This document shows, piece after piece, positions 1 to 9,941 of a DNA stretch of 28,047 nt. The translations under genes were made by a program, and so were the position numbers. How positions within the stretch are numbered: the stretch's first letter is position 1; every line of letters begins with the position of its first letter. The notes below the pieces were generated by a model. It was not told where the DNA came from, ran no database searches, and saw nothing but the letters and a program-made list of their open reading frames with translations. Source of the stretch: Chthoniobacteraceae bacterium (GTDB lineage Bacteria > Verrucomicrobiota > Verrucomicrobiia > Chthoniobacterales > Chthoniobacteraceae); assembly GCA_040081625.1 (NCBI GenBank), contig JBEBGD010000073.1, forward strand, positions 1 through 28,047, read 5' to 3'.

Positions 1-1
1 C

Positions 2-2233
2 GCTCGCGCTGAACAACGAGTTCGCGCCGCCCGAACCGCCGGCCCCATTCGTGCCGCCGCCATCGCCGCCCGCGCCGGCATTCGCCGTCACAGCGCCGCC
101 GACATCGCCGGCCTTGAATTTCACATTCGTGAACGCGCCGCCCGCACCGCCCGCATCGCTGCCCGCCCCCACGCCGCCATTGCCCGCGGTCGCGGCGAAG
201 TTCGCGCTCACTCCTTTGACGGCGACGCTGAGATCGGAGAAGTCGCCGCCTCTTCCACCCGCTCCCGCGGTGCCGAGCGCGTCCGCGCCGTTGCCCGCGG
301 AAAAATCGAGCAAGCCGGAGGCGCCGAGGGACGCGGTAAAATTGCTGAGGCGTCCGCCGCTGCCGCCCGCGCCCGTGCCGCGTCCGGTGCCGGCATTGCC
401 GGCGGCGGCGGTCACGTCCGACGCGCTCGTCGCCTTGATGCTCGAGTTCGTGAGCACCCCGCCATTGCCGCCGGTGCCCGCGGAATTGCCCGCATTGCCC
501 GCGGAGCCGGCGAAGAGATCGATGTCGCCGGTGACTTTCCCGGCTGCGATCTTCACAAGGTCGAGCGCGCCGCCATTGCCCCCGTTGCCGGTCTGCCGCC
601 CGGCGATGCCGTCGCCCGCATCGACGTTGATGTTGCCGAGGATGGTGGTGATCGTGGCGTTCACATTCGAGACGCCGCCGCCGCTGCCACCGCTCCCGGT
701 CCCACTGCCGCCGCCCTTCGTGCCGCCATTGCCGCCGATCACGAAGAAATCGCCGATCTGCTGCTTGATCGTGGCCGTCACGTCGCCGAGCGCGCCGCCG
801 TTGCCGCTCGAACCAGTGAAGTTATTTGCGATCGCCCCGCCGGCGCCAGAGCGCACGGTGAAGGTGCCGACCATCAGCGTCTTCACCGCCGCGCGCACGC
901 CGGTCACACTCGATCCCGAGCCGCCCGTGCCGTCCTCGGCTGCGCCGCCCGCGTTGTTCGAGCCGAGCGTCACATCGCCATGCACCTCCGCCGCGGTAAG
1001 TGTGAGCCCGTTCACCGCGCCGCCATCGCCGCCGATGCCCGCCGTCTCGCCCTTCCCGCCCGTGCCCGATCGCACGGAAATGTCGCCGACGATGAGGCTC
1101 GTCGAAGTGAGCGAGACCGTGCTCAGCGCGCCGGACTTGCCGCCGTTGCCACCGCCCGCGTTCGACGCCGCGCCACCCGCGCCGCTGGTCGCGGTGAAGT
1201 TTCCAAACAACTGCGGGAACGACGCCGACAGCCCCGAGACCGCGCCGCCCACACCGCCATTGCCACCCGCCGCGCTCGTGGCCGCGCCACCCGCGCCGCC
1301 GACGACTGTAATATTCCCCACGACGACCTTGCCCCCGATCGTGACGCCCGTGACCGCGCCACCCACGCCGCCGGTGGTCGAGATCGCCGCGTTCACCGCC
1401 CCACCTTTTCCGCCGGTGATGGCGATGCCCTCGAACGCATCGGTGATCGTCACGTTCGAGATCGCGCCACCCGTCGCGCCGTCGCCCGTAACGCTGTCCG
1501 CGCCCGCGCCGGCGGTGATCGAATTCGCGCCGCGCGCGAGAGTGAGGTTGAGGATATTCCCACCCGCCGCCGCCGGCGTGAAGGTGTTCACGGCGATCCC
1601 ACCGCCGCCGAGGTTGATCGCGTTCCCGTTCTGCGCGGTGCCCGTGGCGATGCGATTGACGCTCGAGTTCTGGAACGGCGCGAAGACGCCTTTGCCGAGC
1701 TTCACGTCGCTGATGTTATTACCCGCGGAGATCGTGCTGGTGACGACGCCGGCCACTTCCAGCTTCACGATGGACGCGGGCTGGAGCGTGAGCATGCCGC
1801 CGTCACCGACTTTGTTCGTGGCCGCGTCGAGCACCGTCGAGATGCTGCCGGCGACATCCGTCTTCACGATGCCCGCGAAGCCGTCGCTCACGCCGAGCCC
1901 GGTCAACTCGTCTGGCGAGAAGACCCCGTCTCCGTCGCGATCAGTGAGGAAGACCATCGCCCTGCCCGCATCGACCTGCAGGAGCAGGAAGTCGGACCGG
2001 TCAACCGCGCCGCTGTTGTTCGAGTCGAAGAACACCTTGTCCCCGGCGTTCGCGAGGAAGGCCGCATCGACCAAGACGTTCGCCGCCGACTCGGTCTCGA
2101 ACGCCTGGTCCATCGCATCCAGCGGCGTCGCGGGGATGGTCACGTCGAATACTTTGAGATCCGCCGCGCTGACGAGAAAAGTCGCGGGAGCGATGCGGGC
2201 TTCGAGGGGTTCCGGGCGGGAGGTCGTTTTCAT
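2..2233 (-). CDS. Large Gly-rich repeat surface/secreted protein with N-terminal LEPR-XLL-like motif (3' partial, runs off left edge)
   Basis: Minus-strand frame from ATG at 2233 reads MKTTSRPEPLEARIAPATFLV..., then DSNNSGAVD and DRDGDGVF acidic loops, then many GGNGG/GGAGG plus beta-strand repeats. It stays open to the window edge. The + strand Pro-rich 751-aa ORF is its antisense shadow. Confidence 0.85.
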   Translation of the reverse strand, partial: MKTTSRPEPLEARIAPATFLVSAADLKVFDVTIPATPLDAMDQAFETESAANVLVDAAFLANAGDKVFFDSNNSGAVDRSDFLLLQVDAGRAMVFLTDRDGDGVFSPDELTGLGVSDGFAGIVKTDVAGSISTVLDAATNKVGDGGMLTLQPASIVKLEVAGVVTSTISAGNNISDVKLGKGVFAPFQNSSVNRIATGTAQNGNAINLGGGGIAVNTFTPAAAGGNILNLTLARGANSITAGAGADSVTGDGATGGAISNVTITDAFEGIAITGGKGGAVNAAISTTGGVGGAVTGVTIGGKVVVGNITVVGGAGGAATSAAGGNGGVGGAVSGLSASFPQLFGNFTATSGAGGAASNAGGGNGGKSGALSTVSLTSTSLIVGDISVRSGTGGKGETAGIGGDGGAVNGLTLTAAEVHGDVTLGSNNAGGAAEDGTGGSGSSVTGVRAAVKTLMVGTFTVRSGAGGAIANNFTGSSGNGGALGDVTATIKQQIGDFFVIGGNGGTKGGGSGTGSGGSGGGVSNVNATITTILGNINVDAGDGIAGRQTGNGGNGGALDLVKIAAGKVTGDIDLFAGSAGNAGNSAGTGGNGGVLTNSSIKATSASDVTAAAGNAGTGRGTGAGGSGGRLSNFTASLGASGLLDFSAGNGADALGTAGAGGRGGDFSDLSVAVKGVSANFAATAGNGGVGAGSDAGGAGGAFTNVKFKAGDVGGAVTANAGAGGDGGGTNGAGGSGGANSLFSAS

Positions 2234-2574
2234 CGCGCGGAGGGTGGCACCTTCCCGCGCCGCTGGCGAGCGCGAAGACCTCGCTGCGCGACGCGCGATA
2301 AATTGAGCTCCATACCGGAGACAACAATTCACCGCTCGCGCCCCGGACGGGATAAGACTCGCGGAGAACTCCGGTGCTTCAACTCTCCCAACTTTCTAAA
2401 TCGCCGGGCTGACCCTGCGTCCGCCCAAAACGTCAACACCCAACTCCGCTCGCAACTCGCCCTCGGCGCGGGAAATCATGCCTGCGTGGCCCGCGGCAAT
2501 GCCGGCCTGGGGATCATCGATACTTCGATGTGACGCATCCCGGCGTGACCGCGACCTCCGACGTCGGCGGCGCC

Positions 2575-3573
2575 TCAGCGGACGAAAGCGGCGAGGTGCA
2601 GATCGCCGCCGATGTGCTCATAGCGCACATCGCTCAGGGCGAGAGACTCCGCCGTGCATCGGGCTCCGCGCCCGCCGATCACGTCCGGCCCGCCGCAGAG
2701 CAGCGGCGCAAAATAGAAATGCACCTCATCCACGAGCCGCCGGTCGAACGCATCGCCGAGCACCGCGCCGCCGCCTTCGATCAGCACGCTGGTGACGCTC
2801 CGTTTTCCGAGGTCGCGCAGCACCGCGCGCAGCGACTCGCCGCGATAGACCAGCGTGCGCTCCTTGTGGCTGTCGGTGAAAACGTGCGCAGCCTTCGGCA
2901 GCCTGCCGCTCCGCGTGAGGATCACGCGCCACGGCTGGCGCCCCTCGACGCCGCGGAGCGTGAGCTTCGGATCATCCGCGCGCAGCGTCCCCGCGCCGAC
3001 GAGGATCGCATCCACCGCCGCGCGCAGCCCCATCGCGTGGGCGCGCGACTTTTCGCTCGTGAGCCACTGCCCCTCGCCCGCCGGGCGCGTCAGCCGCCCA
3101 TCGAGCGACATCCCCGCCTTCGCGATCACCCAAGGCATCCCCGTCACGATCCATTTGTTGAACGCGCGATTCAGCGCCGCGCACTCGTCGCCGAGCACGC
3201 CGGTCTGCACCTTGATCTTCGCCTCGCGCAAAATCTCCACTCCGCGCCCCGCGTGCTTCGGGTTCGGATCGATCGCGCCGATCACCACTCGGCCAAAGCC
3301 CGCCGCGCGGATCGCATCGCAGCACGGCGGCGTGCGCCCGTGCGTGCTGCACGGCTCCAGCGTCACGTAGAGCGTCGCGCCGCGCGTCGTCTTCGCCGCG
3401 CGGATCGCCTCGATCTCCGCGTGCGGTCCCCCGGCCCGCCGGTGCCAGCCCCGCGCGACGATCCTTCCTCCGCGCACGATCACCGCGCCAACAGCCGGGT
3501 TCGGGCTCGTCTGCCCGATGCCCTTCGCGGCTTCGCGCAATGCAGCGCGCATAAACTTTTCGTCGGCGGTCAT
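2575..3573 (-). CDS. ribD: Bifunctional riboflavin deaminase/reductase
   Basis: MTADEKFMRAALREA..TSPNPAVGAVIV, HAE, TLEPCSTHGRTPPCC deaminase motifs; SLDG, DAILVGAGT and IEGGG reductase motifs. True start is ATG at 3573. Confidence 0.95.
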   Translation of the reverse strand: MTADEKFMRAALREAAKGIGQTSPNPAVGAVIVRGGRIVARGWHRRAGGPHAEIEAIRAAKTTRGATLYVTLEPCSTHGRTPPCCDAIRAAGFGRVVIGAIDPNPKHAGRGVEILREAKIKVQTGVLGDECAALNRAFNKWIVTGMPWVIAKAGMSLDGRLTRPAGEGQWLTSEKSRAHAMGLRAAVDAILVGAGTLRADDPKLTLRGVEGRQPWRVILTRSGRLPKAAHVFTDSHKERTLVYRGESLRAVLRDLGKRSVTSVLIEGGGAVLGDAFDRRLVDEVHFYFAPLLCGGPDVIGGRGARCTAESLALSDVRYEHIGGDLHLAAFVR

Positions 3574-3594
3574 CCGTGGCACTCGTAGCGCCTC

Positions 3595-4569
3595 ATGTCC
3601 CCGCGCGCCAAGGCGCAACTCTACCACTCGCTCGCCCAGCTCCTGCGCGCAGGCATCACCTTCCCGCGCGCGCTCGAGAAGCTCAGCCGCACGCTCCACG
3701 GCAGCGCGCGCCGCACCGCCGCAAAGATCCGCGCCGGCATCGACAGTGGCGACACCGTCGCCGAAGCCTGCGCCGCCGCTGACCTCGGCAGCGTCGAAGC
3801 CTCCGTCCTCACTGCCGTCGAGCGCGCCGGATTCCTCGACCGCGGCCTCGAACAGCTCGCGCATCACTTCACCGCAGTCGCCTCCGCACGCGGGCGGATC
3901 CTCGCGAAGCTCGCGTATCCCGCCTTCGTGCTCGTGCTCTGCGTGCTGCTGCTGAACCTCCCGCTGCTCGTGCGCGAGAATCTCGATGCCTACCTGCTCG
4001 TCACGCTGCCGACGCTGGCCGCGGTCGCCGGATGCGCGGCGGTGCTGGCGATCGTGTGCAAATTCCTCGGCGCGCTCGCCGCGGTGAGCCCGCTCGTCGA
4101 GTCGTTCGTGCGGCTGGTCCCGCTCGCCGGCGGAATGCAGCGCGCCTTCGCCATGAGCCGCTTCTGCATGGCCTACGAACTCCAGCTCAACGCGGGCATC
4201 AACGTCTTCGACGCGCTCGCCTCCGCCGGCCTCGCCAGCCGCAGCGCGCTCGTCCGCCGCGCAGTCGCGCGTGCACTGCCGGAAGTGCGCGCCGGCTCGC
4301 AAGTCGGCCCGCTGCTCGAGACCAGCCGCGCCTTCGATCCCGACGTGCCGCAGGCGATCATCGTCGGCGAGGAAAGCGGCACGCTCGGCTCCGAGCTGCG
4401 CCGGCTCGCCGAGGCCCAGGCCGCGCGCGCCTACGCCCGACTCGAGACGCTCGCCGAGTGGCTGCCGCGGCTGATCTACCTCGCGGTGATGGTCTATGTC
4501 GGCTGGAGCATCGTGCGCGTGTATCGCGACTACCTCGGCCAGCTCATGAAGTTGATCGACGGCGTGTAG
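3595..4569 (+). CDS. Type II secretion system F / PilC family inner-membrane platform protein
   Basis: Two T2SSF-like repeats (LAQLLRAGI..AVERAGFLD; QLNAGINVFDAL..VGEESGTL), the LAYP motif and three hydrophobic segments. Confidence 0.88.
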   Translation: MSPRAKAQLYHSLAQLLRAGITFPRALEKLSRTLHGSARRTAAKIRAGIDSGDTVAEACAAADLGSVEASVLTAVERAGFLDRGLEQLAHHFTAVASARGRILAKLAYPAFVLVLCVLLLNLPLLVRENLDAYLLVTLPTLAAVAGCAAVLAIVCKFLGALAAVSPLVESFVRLVPLAGGMQRAFAMSRFCMAYELQLNAGINVFDALASAGLASRSALVRRAVARALPEVRAGSQVGPLLETSRAFDPDVPQAIIVGEESGTLGSELRRLAEAQAARAYARLETLAEWLPRLIYLAVMVYVGWSIVRVYRDYLGQLMKLIDGV

Positions 4570-4713
4570 CAGCGTGGCACAGCTGCGCCCACCCGCGCCG
4601 GGCCGGACTCGCCCACTTCCTGTCCCACTCCCGACCATCGCAGAACTCCCATCCCTCCCGCCGCACCCTGATTTTATGCCGCTTCCCGGGCAATGACTCA
4701 TGCACGCCGGGCA

Positions 4714-4730
4714 CTGGCACCGTGGCAGCT
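4714..4730 (+). promoter_or_regulatory. Putative sigma-54 (-24/-12) promoter upstream of hsp20
   Basis: CTGGCACCGTGGCAGCT has TGGCAC and GG-N10-GC spacing, about 40 bp before the Hsp20 ATG. The -12 element deviates (CAGC vs TTGC). Confidence 0.45.
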
Positions 4731-4771
4731 AAGAGGAATGGCGGAACTAAAAACCCATCAACAAAAACACA

Positions 4772-5212
4772 ATGAACCTCATCCGTTATCACCTCTCACA
4801 ACTTCCGAACTCGCCCGCGTTCGACCGCTTCGCGATGCTCCGGGACGAACTCACCCGCCTCGTCGATCCGGCCCCGCCGGCACGCGAGAACTACGTGACC
4901 CCTCTCGCCAACATCATCGAAGACAAGGACGGCTTCGTCCTCGTGGCCGAGATGCCCGGTGTGTCGAAGGACGGAGTCGAGATCACGGTGGAGAACGGCG
5001 CGCTGACGATCGTCGGACGCCGGACTCCGACCGAGAGCAAGACCGCCACGCTTCACCGCGAAACGCTCGCAGGCGATTTTCGCCGCGCGTTCGAGATCGA
5101 TCCGTCGATTGACGCGACAAAGATCAGCGCCCGTATCGACAACGGCATCCTCACCCTCCACCTGCCGAAGGCGGAAGCCGTGAAGCCGCGCAAGATTGTG
5201 GTCGCCGACTGA
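4772..5212 (+). CDS. Hsp20/alpha-crystallin small heat-shock protein
   Basis: AEMPGVSKDGVEITVENGALTIVG, FRRAF and ARIDNGILTLHLPK..KPRKI motifs. Confidence 0.95.
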   Translation: MNLIRYHLSQLPNSPAFDRFAMLRDELTRLVDPAPPARENYVTPLANIIEDKDGFVLVAEMPGVSKDGVEITVENGALTIVGRRTPTESKTATLHRETLAGDFRRAFEIDPSIDATKISARIDNGILTLHLPKAEAVKPRKIVVAD

Positions 5213-5239
5213 GCCAGGACGCTCAGGCGGTGCGAATGA

Positions 5240-5275
5240 GCCCCGCGGGTCCACGCATGGCCCGCGGGGTTTTTG
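5240..5275 (+). terminator. Rho-independent terminator after hsp20
   Basis: CCCCGCGGGTCCA-cgca-TGGCCCGCGGGG hairpin followed by TTTTT. Confidence 0.8.
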
Positions 5276-5317
5276 CTGCTGGCACGCCGTGCCGTGCTGC
5301 GGAAAGCTGCGCGCCTC

Positions 5318-6148
5318 ATGCGCGAAATCACCACCCACGTCCCGGCCACCACCGCGAACATCGGCCCCGGCTTCGACTGCCTCGGCATCGCGCTCGCGCT
5401 CGGGAACCGGGTGCGTGTGACCGATGGGAGCGATGCGGCCAATGGCATGGCTGCGGATGCGGCGGAGAAATTCTTCGCGGCATCCGGTCGCGAGCGGTTC
5501 GATTTCGCGTGGTCGATCGAAGGCGACGTGCCGCAGTCGCGCGGCATGGGCTCGTCGGTCACGGTGCGGCTCGGCTTGCTGCACGGGCTGAACGAACTCG
5601 CGGGGCGGCCGCTCGATGCGGTGCGGCTTTTCGATCTTTGTGCGGAACTCGAAGGCCACCCGGACAACGCGGCGCCCGCGGCGTTCGGCGGCTTCGCGGT
5701 GTCCAAGCAAGGCGCGAAGCCGATCGTCGCGCCGGTCGATGAATCGCTCAGCTTCGTGCTGCTGATCCCGGACTTCGAAGTCAGCACGCCCGAGGCGCGC
5801 AAGGTTCTCCCCGCGACACTCGATCGCAAACGCGCCGTCGAGAGCTGCGTGAATGCCTGCCGCATCACCGCCGCCTTCCTCACGCGCGACTACGCGAGCC
5901 TGCGCGGCGCATTCACCGATCACCTGCACCAGCCCCATCGCGAGCCGCTGATCCCCTTCCTCACGCAAGTCATCGCCGCGGGCGAAAAGGCCGGCGCGCT
6001 CGGCGGCTGGCTGAGCGGCTCCGGCTCGACCATCTGCTGCCTCGCCGCCGATGAACCCGAACGCGTGGCCGCCGCGATGCTGGCGATCGTGCCCGGCGCG
6101 CGCACGATCATCACCCGCGTGGACAACACCGGCACGCGCCGCGTCTGA
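5318..6148 (+). CDS. thrB: Homoserine kinase
   Basis: VPATTANIGPGFDCLG, GHMP motif PQSRGMGSS, EGHPDNAAP, LHQPHR and LSGSGST. Start moved to ATG 5318. Confidence 0.95.
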   Translation: MREITTHVPATTANIGPGFDCLGIALALGNRVRVTDGSDAANGMAADAAEKFFAASGRERFDFAWSIEGDVPQSRGMGSSVTVRLGLLHGLNELAGRPLDAVRLFDLCAELEGHPDNAAPAAFGGFAVSKQGAKPIVAPVDESLSFVLLIPDFEVSTPEARKVLPATLDRKRAVESCVNACRITAAFLTRDYASLRGAFTDHLHQPHREPLIPFLTQVIAAGEKAGALGGWLSGSGSTICCLAADEPERVAAAMLAIVPGARTIITRVDNTGTRRV

Positions 6149-7344
6149 TGCGCGCGACGCTCGACCGGCTCGAACAATTCGCAATCGACGTCATCCTCGA
6201 GCGTCGCTTCGGCAAGCGCGCCGCCGTGCTGCGCTGGTTTCTCCAGGCGCTCTCGTGGCTCTTTCGCGGCGGCGTGCAGACGCGGCTCTGGCTCTACCGC
6301 CACTCCTTCGCCAAGCAGCACTACCCCGGCGTGCTCGTCATCTCCGTCGGCAATCTCACCGTCGGCGGCACGGGCAAAACGCCCGTCGTCGAGCGGCTCG
6401 CGCGCACGCTCAAGAATGGCGGACGCCGCGTCGCCATCCTCAGCCGCGGCTACAAGGCGAAGAAGCCGCCGCTGCTTCGCCGGCTCCAGCGCAAGTGGCT
6501 CGGGATGGAGAAAAACAAGTCGCGCATCGTGCATGACGGCGAGCGTCTGCTGCTCGACTCGCGCTTCGCCGGCGACGAGCCCTACATGCTCGCGCGCTCG
6601 CTCAAGGACGTGCCCGTCGTCGTGGACAAGGACCGCGTCCGCGCCGCTCATCACGCCGTGCGCGACCTGCGCTGCGACGTGCTGATCCTCGACGACGGCA
6701 TGCAATACCTCACGCTCGGGCGGCGCATCGAGATCGTGCTCGTCGATTGCCAGGCGCCCTTCGGAAATGGCTACCTGCTTCCGCGCGGCACGCTGCGCGA
6801 ACCGCCGATGAACCTGCGCCGCGCGAGCTACATCTTCCTCACCAAAAGCGACGGCGCGGACAAGGCGCAGCTCGTCGAGGAACTGCGCGCCTTCAATCGC
6901 ACCGCCGAGATCATCGAGACAACGCACCGTCCGCTCTACCTGCAAAACCTCTACGACCCGGCCGACCGCCGCCCGCTTGAATTCATCGAGGGCAAATTTA
7001 TCGGCGTCATCAGCGGCATCGCGCGGCCGGAGAGCTTCGAGGACAAGCTGCGCGAGCTCGGCGCCGACCTGCAGATCACCAAGCGCTTCGCCGATCACCA
7101 TCGATTCAGCGACGACGAACTCTCCGAGTTCATGGCCCGCGCGGTGCGGCGCGATCTCGACTGCATCATCACCACCGAGAAGGACAGCGTGCGTTTCCCG
7201 TATCAGTTCGATGCGCTCGAGGTGCCGATCTATTTCCTGCGGATCGAGATCGAGCTGCTCGACGGCCACGAGAGCTGGAAGACCTTCGTCGATCGACTCT
7301 GCACGCCGCAGCCGGTCGTCGCGCCGCGCCGCTTCTTCGCGTAA
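6148..7344 (+). CDS. lpxK: Tetraacyldisaccharide 4'-kinase
   Basis: [46 protein letters not shown] and TTEKD motifs. Confidence 0.95.
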   Translation: MRATLDRLEQFAIDVILERRFGKRAAVLRWFLQALSWLFRGGVQTRLWLYRHSFAKQHYPGVLVISVGNLTVGGTGKTPVVERLARTLKNGGRRVAILSRGYKAKKPPLLRRLQRKWLGMEKNKSRIVHDGERLLLDSRFAGDEPYMLARSLKDVPVVVDKDRVRAAHHAVRDLRCDVLILDDGMQYLTLGRRIEIVLVDCQAPFGNGYLLPRGTLREPPMNLRRASYIFLTKSDGADKAQLVEELRAFNRTAEIIETTHRPLYLQNLYDPADRRPLEFIEGKFIGVISGIARPESFEDKLRELGADLQITKRFADHHRFSDDELSEFMARAVRRDLDCIITTEKDSVRFPYQFDALEVPIYFLRIEIELLDGHESWKTFVDRLCTPQPVVAPRRFFA

Positions 7345-7358
7345 GAAGGACGCACCTC

Positions 7359-8285
7359 ATGCTTCACAACGAACCCATCATCTTCGAGCCGCTGTTCATG
7401 GAGCGCGTCTGGGGCGGCCGCCGCCTCGAGACGCTCTACGCCAAGCGCCTGCCGCACGGTGTCCGCGTCGGCGAATCGTGGGAACTCGTTGATCGCGCGG
7501 ACTACCAGAGCGTCGTCCACGACGGCCCGCTCCAGGGCGCGACGCTGCACGAACTGTGGGCGAAACGGCGCGCGGAAATCTTCGGCGACGACCTGCCCGA
7601 CACGCCGCGCTTTCCCCTGCTTTTCAAGCTGCTCGACTGCCAGGATCGTCTCTCGGTGCAGGTCCACCCGCCGCTCGCAGTCGCCGCGCGACTCGGCGGC
7701 GAGGCAAAGTCGGAGATGTGGTTCATCATGCACAGCGCGCTCGACAGCGACCTCTACGCCGGCCTCAAGCGCGACGTCACGCGCGGGCAATTCGACGCGG
7801 CGCTGGTGACCGGTCACGTCGCCGATCTCATCCATCGCATTCCCACGCACGTCGGCGACGCGTTCTTCATCCCGAGCGGCCGAATCCACGCCATCGGCGC
7901 GGGCAATGTCGTTTTCGAGGTGATGCAAAACAGCGACACGACCTATCGCGTCTTCGACTGGAACCGCCTCGGCCTCGACGGCAAGCCGCGTGAGCTGCAC
8001 ATCGACGAATCGCTCGCCTCGATCAATTTCGACGACCCCGAGCCTGACCTCGTCGCGCCGGATGGCGACACGGTCGTCGCGTGCGAGCACTTCCGCGTCG
8101 AGCGATGGGAAATCGACGGCTCCCGCTCGTGCGGCACGGAGCGCCGCTTCGCCGTCTTCACAGTCATCGACGGCGAGATCGCCTGCGGCAGCCGCACATT
8201 TTCGCCGGGCGCATTCTTCCTCGTGCCCGCGCGCGCCGCGCTCGAAGTCAGCGGCCGCGGCTCCCTCCTGCGCACGAGCTTCTAG
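7359..8285 (+). CDS. manA: Class I mannose-6-phosphate isomerase (cupin)
   Basis: RVWGG, GESWE, FPLLFKLLD, LSVQVHP, KSEMW, HAIG and EVMQNSDTTYRVFDWNR motifs. Confidence 0.9.
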   Translation: MLHNEPIIFEPLFMERVWGGRRLETLYAKRLPHGVRVGESWELVDRADYQSVVHDGPLQGATLHELWAKRRAEIFGDDLPDTPRFPLLFKLLDCQDRLSVQVHPPLAVAARLGGEAKSEMWFIMHSALDSDLYAGLKRDVTRGQFDAALVTGHVADLIHRIPTHVGDAFFIPSGRIHAIGAGNVVFEVMQNSDTTYRVFDWNRLGLDGKPRELHIDESLASINFDDPEPDLVAPDGDTVVACEHFRVERWEIDGSRSCGTERRFAVFTVIDGEIACGSRTFSPGAFFLVPARAALEVSGRGSLLRTSF

Positions 8286-8291
8286 TTCATC

Positions 8292-9146
8292 ATGCAACCA
8301 GCCATCGGCGTCATCGGAGGCAGCGGCCTTTACCAGATCGACTCGCTCAGCGGAGCGGAGGAAATCCACATCGACACGCCATTCGGCGCGCCGTCCGACG
8401 CGATCATCGGCGGCACGATCGCCGGCCGGCACGTTTACTTTTTGCCGCGGCACGGCCGCGGCCATCGCATCCTCCCGCACGAACTCCCGCATCGCGCGAA
8501 CATCTGGGCACTGCGCTCCCTCGGCGTCCGCTGGATCATCTGCGTGACCGCCGTCGGCTCGCTGCAAGAGCGTTACCACCCGGAGCACATCGTCCTGCCC
8601 GACCAGTTCTTCGACCGCACCTCGCAGATCCACACCTTCTTCGGCGGCGGCATCGTCGCGCACGCGGCCTTCGCCGATCCGGTCAGCGCCGATTTGCGGC
8701 GACTGCTCCACGAGAGCGCGAAGGAACTGGCGCTGCATGTCCACGACGGCGGCACTTACGTGAACATGGACGGCCCGCAATTCTCCACGCGCGCCGAGAG
8801 CGAAACGAATCGCCGGCTCGGCTTCGACGTGATCGGCATGACCAATCTCGCCGAGGCGAAGCTCGCGCGCGAAGCCGAGATCGCGCTCGCGACGATGGCG
8901 ATGATCACCGACTACGACTGCTGGAAGACCGACGAGGAGCCCGTGACGAGCGCCGCGGTGATCGCACACCTTCACGCCAACGCCGAAGCGGCGAAACGCG
9001 TGCTGACCGCGGTCATCCCGCGCATCCCCGCCGAGCCCGACTGGCCCGAGCACCGCGCGCTCGAAAGCGCGCTCGTCACCCCGCGCGACCTGTGGCCCGC
9101 GGCGACAAAGGAAAAGTTGCGCCCCATCCTCGAACGGTTTCTTTAG
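8292..9146 (+). CDS. mtnP: S-methyl-5'-thioadenosine phosphorylase
   Basis: IGVIGGSGLY, TPFGAPS, PRHGRGH, ANIWAL, GPQFSTRAES, IGMT and TDYDCW motifs. Confidence 0.93.
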   Translation: MQPAIGVIGGSGLYQIDSLSGAEEIHIDTPFGAPSDAIIGGTIAGRHVYFLPRHGRGHRILPHELPHRANIWALRSLGVRWIICVTAVGSLQERYHPEHIVLPDQFFDRTSQIHTFFGGGIVAHAAFADPVSADLRRLLHESAKELALHVHDGGTYVNMDGPQFSTRAESETNRRLGFDVIGMTNLAEAKLAREAEIALATMAMITDYDCWKTDEEPVTSAAVIAHLHANAEAAKRVLTAVIPRIPAEPDWPEHRALESALVTPRDLWPAATKEKLRPILERFL

Positions 9147-9152
9147 CCCGCC

Positions 9153-9941
9153 ATGCTCCGCCGCACGCTCGCCGCCCTACTCATTCCGCTCGCCGCCTTT
9201 GCAGCGGAACCGGAATCACCCGCGCCCCAAACGCCCAAGCCCGCGGAGGTCGAGAAAGCGCCCGTTGCCACCACGAAGATCACCTACAACCAGTGCAACG
9301 TCGATGGCCCGTTCATCGCGATGACCTTCGACGACGGCCCGCACGGCACGAACACGCCACGACTTCTCGACATGCTCAAGCAGCGCGGCATTCACGCGAC
9401 GTTCTTCGTCTGCGGCGAATGCGTCGCCCAGTATCCCGAGATCGCGCGGCGCATCGTCGATGAAGGCCACGAGATCGCGAACCACTCGTGGAGCCACCCG
9501 AATCTCATCCCGCTGAGCGAGGCCGGCGTGCGCAGCCAGCTCGAGCGCACCCATCAGGTCGTGAAGCAGACCACCGGCGCCGAGATCAAGGTCTTCCGCC
9601 CGCCCTATGGCAACTTCACCCAGCGCCAGCGCGCGTGGGCGCACGGCACCTACGGTTACAAGACCATCATTTGGGATGTCGATCCGCTCGACTGGAAGGT
9701 CCGCAACGCCGCGCACGTCGAGAACGAGATCGTCAAACGCACCGTCGCCGGCTCGATCGTCCTCGCTCACGACATCCACAAGACGACCGTCGATGCGATG
9801 CCCTCCACCTTCGATGCGCTGCTCGCGAAGGGCTTCAAGTTCGTGACCGTCTCCGAGCTCATCGCCAAGGACAGGCCGGCGGCGCCGAAGCCGAAAGCCT
9901 CCACGCCCGCGCCCGAGGTCAAGCCGACCGCGAAGAAGTAG
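9153..9941 (+). CDS. Secreted polysaccharide (NodB/CE4) deacetylase
   Basis: Signal peptide; TFDDGP, NHSWSH, FRPPYG, DPLDW and LAHD CE4 motifs. Confidence 0.92.
   Translation: MLRRTLAALLIPLAAFAAEPESPAPQTPKPAEVEKAPVATTKITYNQCNVDGPFIAMTFDDGPHGTNTPRLLDMLKQRGIHATFFVCGECVAQYPEIARRIVDEGHEIANHSWSHPNLIPLSEAGVRSQLERTHQVVKQTTGAEIKVFRPPYGNFTQRQRAWAHGTYGYKTIIWDVDPLDWKVRNAAHVENEIVKRTVAGSIVLAHDIHKTTVDAMPSTFDALLAKGFKFVTVSELIAKDRPAAPKPKASTPAPEVKPTAKK

Noticed and set aside
51..2306. 751-aa Pro-rich + strand ORF
   Set aside because: Antisense shadow of the Gly-rich minus-strand gene (CCG/GCC mirror GGC codons); it has no recognisable motifs.
2234..3594. FMN riboswitch near ribD (also checked for ribE)
   Set aside because: There is no room upstream of ribD (21 bp) or ribE (3 bp), and no RFN consensus is seen.
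3574..4701. Apparent 708-aa RibD fusion with a long N-terminal extension
   Set aside because: The extension is antisense to the GspF/PilC gene; RibD homology starts at 3573.
4570..4771. CIRCE element before hsp20
   Set aside because: No TTAGCACTC-N9-GAGTGCTAA match.
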